Part shown: positions 49,811-58,253 of the stretch, one piece after another | How the letters are laid out: the number at the start of each line of letters is the position of its first letter | Position numbering within the stretch: the first letter of the stretch is position 1 | NCBI GenBank assembly: GCA_963754315.1 | Contig: CAVWFS010000018.1 | Span: 480,001-544,000 of the forward strand | DNA from: an uncultured Candidatus Rokubacteria bacterium | Lineage (GTDB): Bacteria > Methylomirabilota > Methylomirabilia > Rokubacteriales > CSP1-6 | DNA length: 64,000 nt | Direction of reading: 5' to 3' | Notes under the pieces: generated by a model | Seen by the model: the letters and a program-made list of their open reading frames with translations, nothing else | Told to the model about the DNA's origin: nothing | Database searches by the model: none | Translations under genes and position numbers: made by a program

Positions 49811-50391
49811 GACGGCTTGCGGCAGGGCTGGTGGGCATTGCGCTCGTCACGTCGGCCGTCGAAGCGGCATCGTTCATCCTCGACGAGCACGAGGCTGGAC
49901 GAGCCATGGCTGTGGGCCAGCGCAGCGTCACCAGCGAGGCCCCCTTCGACACTGAATGGAGAGTGACCAATGCGGCCGGGGACGTGGCGACCGTGGTGAC
50001 GCCCTTCTACCGAATCGCCTTGGCTGCCCGCCACGCGGCTTTCAAGAACGAGCCGTTCAGCCCCGCCGAGCGCGAGAAGCTCTTGCGCGAGCACAAGGAC
50101 CGCTTGCCGGTCTGGGTGCAGTTGCGAGGCACCCGCGAGGATTTTGCCCGTCACTATGCGCCACGCTTTGTGGTGGGCGACCGCGATGGCGTCGAGCGCG
50201 AGATCGCGCCCTCCTTCGTCCAGAACGAGCGGACGGCGCTCAAGCAGGACGGGGGGACCTTCCTCGCGCGCTGCGTCTACGGGTTTCCCACCAAGGAGTT
50301 CACGGGGACGAGTCGGGGGACGTTGGTGGTTCGTGATGCCGAGGGCCGCGAGGTGAGCCGCTTTGCCCTCGATCTGGCGCGGATGCGGTGA
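49807..50391 (+). CDS. hypothetical exported protein
   Basis: signal peptide; ATGA overlap with the upstream gene. Confidence 0.72.
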   Translation: MRRLAAGLVGIALVTSAVEAASFILDEHEAGRAMAVGQRSVTSEAPFDTEWRVTNAAGDVATVVTPFYRIALAARHAAFKNEPFSPAEREKLLREHKDRLPVWVQLRGTREDFARHYAPRFVVGDRDGVEREIAPSFVQNERTALKQDGGTFLARCVYGFPTKEFTGTSRGTLVVRDAEGREVSRFALDLARMR

Positions 50392-50490
50392 CGCGTCACG
50401 TGTGGATCGACCTGGAACACATGGAGTAGCCATCCCACTGCTATAATTCACCCGCACCCAGTCGTGCCACTCAGCGGAGGAGGCCCAGCC

Positions 50491-51462
50491 ATGAAAGCCG
50501 TGCGCATCCATGCCCCCGGCGGCCCCGACACCCTGCGATACGAGGACGTTCCCGAGCCCACGCCCAAGCCCGGCCACGCCGTGGTCAAGGTTGACGCGGC
50601 CGGTCTCAACTACATCGACGTGTACTACCGCGCGGGCCAGTACAAGGCTGAGTTGCCCATGACGCTTGGTATGGAGGCGGCCGGCACCGTGGCCGCCGTC
50701 GGCGCCAACGTGAGCGAGGTCAAGGTCGGCGACAAGGTGGCCTACACGGGAACACCCGGCGCTTACGCTGAACTCGCGCTCGTACCGGCTGACCGGTTAA
50801 TCGTCCTACCGGCAGGGCTCAGTACCAAGCAGGGAGCGGCGGCCATGCTCCAGGGCATGACCGCCCATTATCTGGCCTGCACCACGTGGCCGCTCAAGGG
50901 CGGCGAGACCTGCCTCGTTCACGCGGCGGCAGGCGGGGTGGGCCTTCTCCTGTGCCAGATCGCGAAGATGCGGGGGGCGCGAGTCATCGGCACCGTCTCG
51001 ACAGAGGACAAAGCAAAGCTCGCCCGCGAGGCGGGCGCCGACGAGGTCATCCTCTACACGGCGCAGGACTTTGCAGAGGAGATCAAGCGGCTGACGGGGG
51101 GCCGGGGGCTCCAGGTCGTGTACGATTCCGTAGGCAAAGACACGTTCGACAGGGGCTTTGCCTGCCTAGCGGCGCGCGGGATGATGGTGCTGTACGGTCA
51201 GTCGAGCGGACCAGTGGGGCCGTTCGATGTGGCCCGGCTCGCCGCCGGCGGCTCTCTGTTTCTCACCCGTCCCAGCCTGGTTTCCTACACGGCGGCTCGG
51301 GCCGAACTCGTCCAGCGCGCCGGCGAGGTGCTCGGCTGGATTCGCGATGGGAAGCTCAAGCTCCGCACGGAGTTTGAGTTCGCGTTGAAGGACGCGGCGG
51401 AAGCTCACCGCGCGCTAGAGGGACGGCGAACGACGGGCAAGGTGCTCCTGATTCCCAAGTGA
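50491..51462 (+). CDS. qor: NADPH:quinone oxidoreductase (zeta-crystallin family)
   Basis: GLNYIDVYYR, HAAAGGVG, YDSVG, TTGKVLL; GGAGG RBS. Confidence 0.92.
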   Translation: MKAVRIHAPGGPDTLRYEDVPEPTPKPGHAVVKVDAAGLNYIDVYYRAGQYKAELPMTLGMEAAGTVAAVGANVSEVKVGDKVAYTGTPGAYAELALVPADRLIVLPAGLSTKQGAAAMLQGMTAHYLACTTWPLKGGETCLVHAAAGGVGLLLCQIAKMRGARVIGTVSTEDKAKLAREAGADEVILYTAQDFAEEIKRLTGGRGLQVVYDSVGKDTFDRGFACLAARGMMVLYGQSSGPVGPFDVARLAAGGSLFLTRPSLVSYTAARAELVQRAGEVLGWIRDGKLKLRTEFEFALKDAAEAHRALEGRRTTGKVLLIPK

Positions 51463-51534
51463 TGTGAGCCCGCGCCTGTCTGCGCTACAATTGACGCGGG
51501 ACGATATAAGCCGTCGAGGGCGAGAGGTGCGACC

Positions 51535-52497
51535 ATGACGCGTCGAACAGTGCTATCCATGCTAGCCATCATGCTGTTCGCCGTCCTTGCCGTCGAGACG
51601 GCCGAGGTGTGGGCGCGCGCCGGCGGGGGAGGGAGTCGTGGCTCGCGCTCGTACTCGGCCCCCGCCCGTCCTGCCCCGCAGAGCCCCGGTGTGCCGTCGA
51701 GCCCCTCTCGAAACTTCAATCAGCCCGGCCCCGCTCCACAGCAGCGCTCGGGGTTGTTCGGGGGTCTCATGGGCGGCCTTGCTGGATTCGCCCTGGGGGG
51801 GCTACTCGGCAGTTTGCTCTTCGGCGGACTGGGGCACGGGTTCGGCATCGGACTGATGGACCTCCTCCTGATCGGGGGCGGCATTTTCCTCTTGATGGCC
51901 GTGCTACGTCGGCGGCGTGCTAACTTGCCGCAGCCGGCCTATGCCACGGCAGGCGCCTATGGGTCTGGCGCCTATGGCACCGATGTGGGAATGGGGGCGT
52001 CACGCTACGGGGGTGGCGCCGCCACCATGGAACCGCCCCCGGCGCCGACGGATCTCGAGCGGGGCCTCGGGCATATCCGCCAAATGGATCCGGGCTTCGA
52101 CCCGGATGCGGTTGCCATCATGGCCCGCAACGCGTTCGTCGAGGTTCAGCAAGGAATCGCGGCGCGCAACGTGAGTCGGCTGCGGGACCGCGTCGCCCCC
52201 GAGATGTACACGGTGCTTCAAGCACAGTGCGACCGGCTGCAAGGGGCACGACAGAGCAATCGTCTCGAGCAGATCCAGATCACGCGGGCTGACGTCAGTG
52301 AAGCGTGGCAAGAGAACGGGCGCGACTACGTGACCGTCTGCGTCGGAGCATCCATGCTGGACTACATCGTCGACGATGCCACGGGTGGGCTCGTAGAAGG
52401 CTCGCGGAGTGTGCCCCAGCACGTCGAGGAGTTCTGGACGTTTGCGCGCCCGGTGGGTGCCCGCGCCTGGCAGCTGTCGGCTATCCAGACGGGGTAG
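51535..52497 (+). CDS. Tim44-domain membrane protein
   Basis: ARAGGGGSRGSRS, Gly-rich TMs, C-terminal EEFWTF..WQLSAIQ. Confidence 0.88.
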   Translation: MTRRTVLSMLAIMLFAVLAVETAEVWARAGGGGSRGSRSYSAPARPAPQSPGVPSSPSRNFNQPGPAPQQRSGLFGGLMGGLAGFALGGLLGSLLFGGLGHGFGIGLMDLLLIGGGIFLLMAVLRRRRANLPQPAYATAGAYGSGAYGTDVGMGASRYGGGAATMEPPPAPTDLERGLGHIRQMDPGFDPDAVAIMARNAFVEVQQGIAARNVSRLRDRVAPEMYTVLQAQCDRLQGARQSNRLEQIQITRADVSEAWQENGRDYVTVCVGASMLDYIVDDATGGLVEGSRSVPQHVEEFWTFARPVGARAWQLSAIQTG

Positions 52498-52516
52498 ACC
52501 GACCGTGCTCTGAGCC

Positions 52517-54127
52517 GTGAAGCGTCTCGCCCTGTGGGGTGGCGCGATCGCGGCGTTTTTCGTCGTTGTCGCGCTCGCGGTCGCGCTCCTGCTACCCTAC
52601 CTGGTCGACCTACCGCGGGTGCGAGGTCTCATCGCGAGTAGCGCCAGCCAGGCCCTCGGGCGCCCCGTACGCTTTACCTCAATGGTGGTCCGCCTGTTCC
52701 CGTTGCCCGCCATCGAGCTGCGCGGTCTGGAGGTGGCGGAGGATCCCCGCTTTGGGAAGGTTCCCTTCGTTACCCTGGAACGGGGACGCCTGCGTCTGCG
52801 CCTGTCCCCGTTGCTCCAGGGACGCGTCGAGTTCAGCGGTCTGCTCTTGAAGCGTCCGCTGATCAGGCTGGTGGAGGGTTCCGACGGGCGCCTGAACGTG
52901 GCGAGCCTGGGGGTGGTACGTGATGCGGCCGGTGCCCTGCGATCCCCGGTGCCTGCTCGCGAGTCCCGAGGGAGCGACTCCGCGACCACGGTCTCGCTCC
53001 TGGCGGCGGGAGTCGTCGTGGAAGACGCTGAACTCGTCTATCTTCCACGTCACCTTGCCGGCGAGTATCGGGTGAGCGGTCTCGACATTCGACTGCGTGG
53101 GTCTGGCTCTATTCTTAGCGTCGAGGGCAAGGGCGTATTGTCACCCGGCGATGTGGTCGTGCAGCTTATCGGGGGAAGCCTGGACCTCGGCGGTATACGC
53201 TCGCTGAGCGAGGCGCCTCTCGGTGGCACGATCACACTTGAGACGGGCGCGCTGGGCTCCCTCGGCGGGCTGCTACGGGCCTCCGGGCTCGGCGTGAGCG
53301 GGGGGATCCGAGCCACCTTCAAGCTCGCTGGTGTTCTCGGCTCTCCCCAGGCCTCGGGCGAGGTGATGCTCCCGCAACTGGCGCTAAGTCGGACGAGCCG
53401 GTCGTGCGTGCCGCCCGACCGGACGCTCGCTTTCGAGAGTATCGCCATCACCGCGAGCCTGGACGAGCATCGAGTCCAGGCGACGCCCATTACCGCCAGA
53501 ATTGGCGGTGGCTCCTTGCGGGCAAACGCCACCTTGGCGCCGGACAGCGGGCTTCTCGTCACCTTGGCCGATGTCAGCGTCCGTGGGGTCCCGGTGGAGC
53601 GCGTGCTCGTCGACTTCCTGTGTGACGGGTATGCGGTGACGGGGTCTCTCGACCTGACCGGGATGCTGGCCTTTCAGGCGGCCGACGCCAGCGGTTCCCT
53701 GTCCGGAGCGGGCCGCTTTGCCGTCGGCCGCGGGCGGGTGGTGGGTGCGCAGGCCGTAAAGCTTTTCGGTGACGTGCTCAAGGTCAGCGAGACAGTCGCC
53801 GCCGTTTTGGGGGAGGACGTGGCCTCGCCCCTGGAATTCGAGTCCATCACGGGAACCTATCGCGTCGCCAACGGTGTGGCCACCTCGCGGGATCTTCTCT
53901 ATACAGGCCGGGGGTTCAGCGTGATGGCGGCCGGCGAGTACGCGTTCGTCCACGACGGCCTCAACGTCGACATGGTGGTTCGGCATCGGCGGGGCCAGGT
54001 AAAGGCTCGGATCACGGGGACGGCGTCGGCGCCCGCACTTCAGGTGGACGTGGCCGGCGCCCTGCGCGAGGTCGAGACCCGGGGACTCGAGCGCGATCTC
54101 CGAAATCTTCTCAAGCGCTTTCGATAG
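52517..54127 (+). CDS. AsmA family protein
   Basis: N-terminal TM, ASQALGRPV, LSPLLQGRV; beta-rich body. Confidence 0.8.
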   Translation: MKRLALWGGAIAAFFVVVALAVALLLPYLVDLPRVRGLIASSASQALGRPVRFTSMVVRLFPLPAIELRGLEVAEDPRFGKVPFVTLERGRLRLRLSPLLQGRVEFSGLLLKRPLIRLVEGSDGRLNVASLGVVRDAAGALRSPVPARESRGSDSATTVSLLAAGVVVEDAELVYLPRHLAGEYRVSGLDIRLRGSGSILSVEGKGVLSPGDVVVQLIGGSLDLGGIRSLSEAPLGGTITLETGALGSLGGLLRASGLGVSGGIRATFKLAGVLGSPQASGEVMLPQLALSRTSRSCVPPDRTLAFESIAITASLDEHRVQATPITARIGGGSLRANATLAPDSGLLVTLADVSVRGVPVERVLVDFLCDGYAVTGSLDLTGMLAFQAADASGSLSGAGRFAVGRGRVVGAQAVKLFGDVLKVSETVAAVLGEDVASPLEFESITGTYRVANGVATSRDLLYTGRGFSVMAAGEYAFVHDGLNVDMVVRHRRGQVKARITGTASAPALQVDVAGALREVETRGLERDLRNLLKRFR

Positions 54128-54139
54128 CGGCTCGACGAA

Positions 54140-54961
54140 TCAACGCGCCCCCCAGAAGCGCCCGCTCCCCAGCTTGCCTTGGTCGACCAGGGCCAGGAGG
54201 TATGCGTAGAGCTGGTCGTACTCGTGATAGCGCGCTTCTCCCAGCCGGGTGACCAGGTCATGGCGAAGGCTGCGATAGCGGGCGACCCGATGTCGCAGGA
54301 TCGCTCGCCACTCTGCGGTGAGGTCTTCCGCCTCCGTCCACGCAAAGCCAGCGTGCCGCAGCAGGAGCGGATAGCTGGCCAGTGTCTGCAGGCTGGTGGC
54401 GGCCATCCACTCGCGAAGGCGCTCGCGCTCTCGATCCGCCAGTCGAGGGTGGGCGATCCAGTCGGTGAAGGCCAAGCGGCCGCCCGGACGGAGTACGCGG
54501 CAGCAGCCCGCCAGGGTGGTCGCCTTGTCCGCGATGTGCAGAAGCGCCTCCTGACTGATACAGGCGTCGAAGGTCGAATCGGCAAACGGCAATTGCTGGG
54601 CATCGCCACGTATCAGCCTCACGCGTCCGGCGAGGCCGACCCGCCGCGTCAGTCGTGCCCCGCCCGCCACGCGGTTCGCGTTGACCTCGAGGGCGACGAC
54701 TCGGCACGCGCGACGACTGGCCAGGAAGCGAGCCGGGCCCCCGAGCCCGGCCCCGAGGTCAAGGGTCCGTGATCCCGTCGTGATGCGAGCACGGTCGGCC
54801 AGCGCCTCCACGGCCCCTAGGCCTCCGTAGTGATCCTGGTCGAACTCCAATAGATCGTTGACACTCAGCGTCCCCTCCATCCCGCCCCGCCTGCGGGCGA
54901 CGGCGGCCAGGACCTGCGCTTCGCTGATCGGATGACGGTTGTAAAAGTCGAGAATGTCCAT
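54140..54961 (-). CDS. SAM-dependent methyltransferase (sarcosine/dimethylglycine N-methyltransferase-like)
   Basis: DQDHYGG, LDLGAGLGGPAR, GDAQQLPF, LRPGG. Confidence 0.85.
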   Translation of the reverse strand: MDILDFYNRHPISEAQVLAAVARRRGGMEGTLSVNDLLEFDQDHYGGLGAVEALADRARITTGSRTLDLGAGLGGPARFLASRRACRVVALEVNANRVAGGARLTRRVGLAGRVRLIRGDAQQLPFADSTFDACISQEALLHIADKATTLAGCCRVLRPGGRLAFTDWIAHPRLADRERERLREWMAATSLQTLASYPLLLRHAGFAWTEAEDLTAEWRAILRHRVARYRSLRHDLVTRLGEARYHEYDQLYAYLLALVDQGKLGSGRFWGAR

Positions 54962-55036
54962 GGGTCCGTGCCTTGAAGGGGCCCGGGACCTATGATAGAA
55001 GAAGCCGTTCTCAACCGACCGCGGCGAGGGGAGCGT

Positions 55037-56167
55037 ATGAGCAGCGAGTTCAAGGCTGGCCTCGAGGATGTCGTCGTTTCGACGTCGGAAATTTGTTTCA
55101 TCGACGGACGCGAGGGGCGTCTTCTCTACCGTGGCTTCGACGTGAACGATCTGGTAGAGCATTCGACCTTCGAGGAGGTCGTCTATCTTTTGTGGCATGG
55201 AGCGCTGCCAACCCGGAAGGAGCTCGACGCGCACACCAAGGCGCTGGCCGCTACCGCCACCCGCCGGCTGCCGGCGAAGCTCATCGATATGCTACGACTG
55301 CTTCCCCGGCGGACGACGCCGATGGAGGTGCTGCGTACCGGCGTGTCGGCTCTCTCGGCCTTCGATCCGGAGCCGGGCGACAACTCGCGCGAAGCCTCCC
55401 TTCGCAAGGCTCTGCGGCTGACGGCGCAGATTCCCACCCTGGTGGCGGCCTGGGAGCGCATCCGGCGCGGCAAGCCGCTCATCGCGCCGAATCCGCGCCT
55501 TAACCTGGCCGCCAATTTTCTGACGATGCTTACCGGCAAGATTCCGAGCCCATTGGCGGTGAAGACGTTCGACGTCGCGCTCATTCTCCATGCGGATCAC
55601 GAGTTCAATGCCTCCACGTTCGCCGCCCGCGTCACCGCCGCGACCCTGTCCGATATGAACTCAGCCATCACCTCGGCCATCGGAGCTCTCAAGGGCCCGC
55701 TCCACGGTGGGGCCAACGAGCAAGTGATGCTCATGGTCGAAAAGATCAAATCCCCAGCCAGGGCCGACGCGTGGATCCGCAAGGCCCTGGCCGACAAGGC
55801 ACGGGTCATGGGCTTCGGCCATCGCGTGTATCGCGTCGAAGATCCGCGCGCCAAGCACCTGCGCCGACTGGCGACCGAGCTCGGCCAACAGGCCGGGAAC
55901 ACCGCCTACGTCGACATTCTGAACACGGTGGTCCGCGTGGTGGGCGAAGAGAAAGGAATTTTCCCCAACGTCGACCTCTACTCTGGAGCGGCCTACACCA
56001 TCATGGGCCTCCCGACCGATCAGTTCACACCTGTCTTCGCCATTAGCCGGGTCGCGGGATGGTCGGCTCACGTCCTGGAGCAGCACGCCAACAATCGCCT
56101 GATCCGCCCCCGCGCCGAATACACCGGACCTACCCACGCCACCTACATTCCCATCGATCGCCGCTAG
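55037..56167 (+). CDS. gltA: citrate synthase (type I / methylcitrate synthase family)
   Basis: HADHEFNAST, GPLHGGAN, MGFGHRVY, DPRA, PNVD, LIRPR. Confidence 0.93.
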   Translation: MSSEFKAGLEDVVVSTSEICFIDGREGRLLYRGFDVNDLVEHSTFEEVVYLLWHGALPTRKELDAHTKALAATATRRLPAKLIDMLRLLPRRTTPMEVLRTGVSALSAFDPEPGDNSREASLRKALRLTAQIPTLVAAWERIRRGKPLIAPNPRLNLAANFLTMLTGKIPSPLAVKTFDVALILHADHEFNASTFAARVTAATLSDMNSAITSAIGALKGPLHGGANEQVMLMVEKIKSPARADAWIRKALADKARVMGFGHRVYRVEDPRAKHLRRLATELGQQAGNTAYVDILNTVVRVVGEEKGIFPNVDLYSGAAYTIMGLPTDQFTPVFAISRVAGWSAHVLEQHANNRLIRPRAEYTGPTHATYIPIDRR

Positions 56168-56269
56168 GCGCGTGGCGGCGCCTCGGGGACGGGGCGGGAA
56201 CGCCCCGAGGGGAGAGGCCGGCCGTGCCAGTGCCTTCTGGGCGCGGCCGGCGGCCTTCCTTGGGGTGAC

Positions 56270-56724
56270 CCATCCGCGGTGATGGCCATGCTACGCATCG
56301 GGCGGCGCCGGAGGACGTCGAGGACTGGTCGGTGGCGGTCATCACCTTCGAGGATGGCACCAAGGCTACGATTCACGCGAACGACGTTACCCTGGGCGGC
56401 GTCCGCAACAGCGTGACGGCTTACCTCTCCAATGCCGTCATCCAGGCCAATCTCACCCCCAACACAGCGGTGGTAGCCTACACGCCGGAGGCGGCCGTAT
56501 GGGGAGAGGCGTACATCACTGAGAAAGTCGAGACCAAGGCGGGCTGGCAGTATCCCAGTCCGGAGGAAGACTGGATGCGAGGATATCCGCAGGAGCTCGA
56601 GGATTTTGTGGATGCCATCCGTGATGGCCGACCTCCACGTTCCGGGGCGGCCCTAGCGCGCGACGTGGTGGAAGTGATCTACGCCGGCTATCTCTCGGCG
56701 GCTACCGGACGTCGGTGGAGCTAA
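56270..56724 (+). pseudogene. C-terminal fragment of a Gfo/Idh/MocA oxidoreductase
   Basis: DVEDWSVAVITFEDG..GYPQELEDF..IYAGYLSA; Rossmann N-terminus absent. Confidence 0.7.
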
Positions 56725-56731
56725 CCGATCC

Positions 56732-57608
56732 ATGATTCCCTTCGCGAAGGGCCACGGGCTCGGCAACGACTATCTCGTCATTGACCAGGCGAACCTCCCG
56801 GGTCCGCTGTCAGAACGGGCGATTGTCCGGATCTGTGACCGCAACTGGGGGGTCGGGTCCGATGGCATCCTTTTGCTCGTGCCCAGCCCGCGGGCGGCGT
56901 TCGGGCTTCGAATCTTCAACCCCGACGGCAGCGAGGCGGAGAAGTCGGGCAACGGGTTGCGCATCTTTGCCAAGTACCTGCGGGACCATGGGTACGCGCG
57001 AACCCCGACCTTCACGGTGGACACCAAAGGCGGACTGGTGGAGTGCGAGTGTCGCGAGGAGGCCGGTCGGGTCACCTTCGTCACTGTGGAGATGGGGCAT
57101 GCGACCTTCCGGAGCCGCCGATATTCCCATGAACGGCGTGGCGGAGGAGGCGGTGGGCGTGCCGCTCGTGCTGTCGGGAGGCCCGCGGCTCACCGTGACC
57201 GCCGTATCGGTCGGGAACCCGCACTGCGTTATCTTTCGCGACCAGCTGGACGAAGCGGAGGTCAAGCACCTGGGCGCGGCCATCGAGCGTCACCCGGCCT
57301 TTCCCCACCGTACCAACGTCCAGTTTGCCCGCGCGCGCGGGCGCGACGTGGTGGAGATCATGATCTGGGAACGCGGCGCGGGGTGGACGCTCGCCTCTGG
57401 GTCCTCGTCCTGTGCCGCGGCCGCGGCCGCCGTGCGGAACGGTCTCAGCGACCACGGGAGAATCCGCGTGGGCATGCCGGGCGGCGAGCTGATCGTGCAC
57501 GTGCGAGGGGACTGGTCGTTACGGCTGGAGGGCCCAGTGGAAGAGGTGTGCACCGGCGTCCTCAGCGCCGAGTTCGCCGAGGCCTACCTCTCGGCCTCGA
57601 CAGCGTGA
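56732..57608 (+). CDS. dapF: diaminopimelate epimerase-like protein, Ser/Ser active site (frameshift near 57112)
   Basis: KGHGLGNDY, GVGSDG, NPDGSEAEKSGNG, VGNPH, NVQF, WERGAG, TLASGSS. Confidence 0.85.
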
Positions 57609-58189
57609 AGCGCGTCTGTGTCTTCTGCGGATCGAATCCCGGACTTCGCACGGAGTACGCCGAGGCTGCCCGAGGGCTGGCGCGCGAGATTGTAGAGCGC
57701 AAGCTGGGCCTGGTATACGGGGGCGGCTCGGTGGGACTCATGGGTGCTCTCGCCGATGCAGCCCTCGCCGCAGGGGGAGAGGTCATCGGCGTCATTCCTC
57801 GTCCTCTGGCCACGCGCGAGCTGGCCCATCGGCATCTCAGCGAGATACGCCTTGTCGAGAGCATGCACGAGCGCAAGGCCACGATGGCCGCTCTCGTTGA
57901 TGGCTTCATCACCCTTCCTGGCGGGCTCGGCACGTTCGAGGAGACATTGGAAATCTTGACGTGGGCGCAGCTCGGCATCCATCTGAAGCCGGTGGGCATC
58001 CTGGACGTGCTCGGCTACTACGAGGGGTTGCGGCGCTTTCTCGGCCACGCCGAGCGCGAGGGATTCGTCCGGCCTGAGCACGCCGCCTTGTTGCTCTTTT
58101 CCCCCTCGGCCCCAGAACTCCTCGACACGATGGCACGGTGGCGACCGCCCGGGATCCGGCGAGCCTGGCTCGGACCCCGTCAGAGCTGA
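57605..58189 (+). CDS. LOG family nucleotide monophosphate phosphoribohydrolase
   Basis: VCVFCGS, VYGGG, SMHERK, PGGLGTFEE. Confidence 0.92.
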   Translation: MKRVCVFCGSNPGLRTEYAEAARGLAREIVERKLGLVYGGGSVGLMGALADAALAAGGEVIGVIPRPLATRELAHRHLSEIRLVESMHERKATMAALVDGFITLPGGLGTFEETLEILTWAQLGIHLKPVGILDVLGYYEGLRRFLGHAEREGFVRPEHAALLLFSPSAPELLDTMARWRPPGIRRAWLGPRQS

Positions 58190-58253
58190 GGAGCGAGTCC
58201 GGATCCTCTCGGCAATCTCGCCCTCGGTGGGGCCCCCGACCACGAAGGGTTCA

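Noticed and set aside
56732..58189. Apparent DapF-LOG fusion (485-aa ORF)
   Set aside because: Artefact of the dapF frameshift; LOG has its own GTG at 57605 overlapping the dapF TGA.
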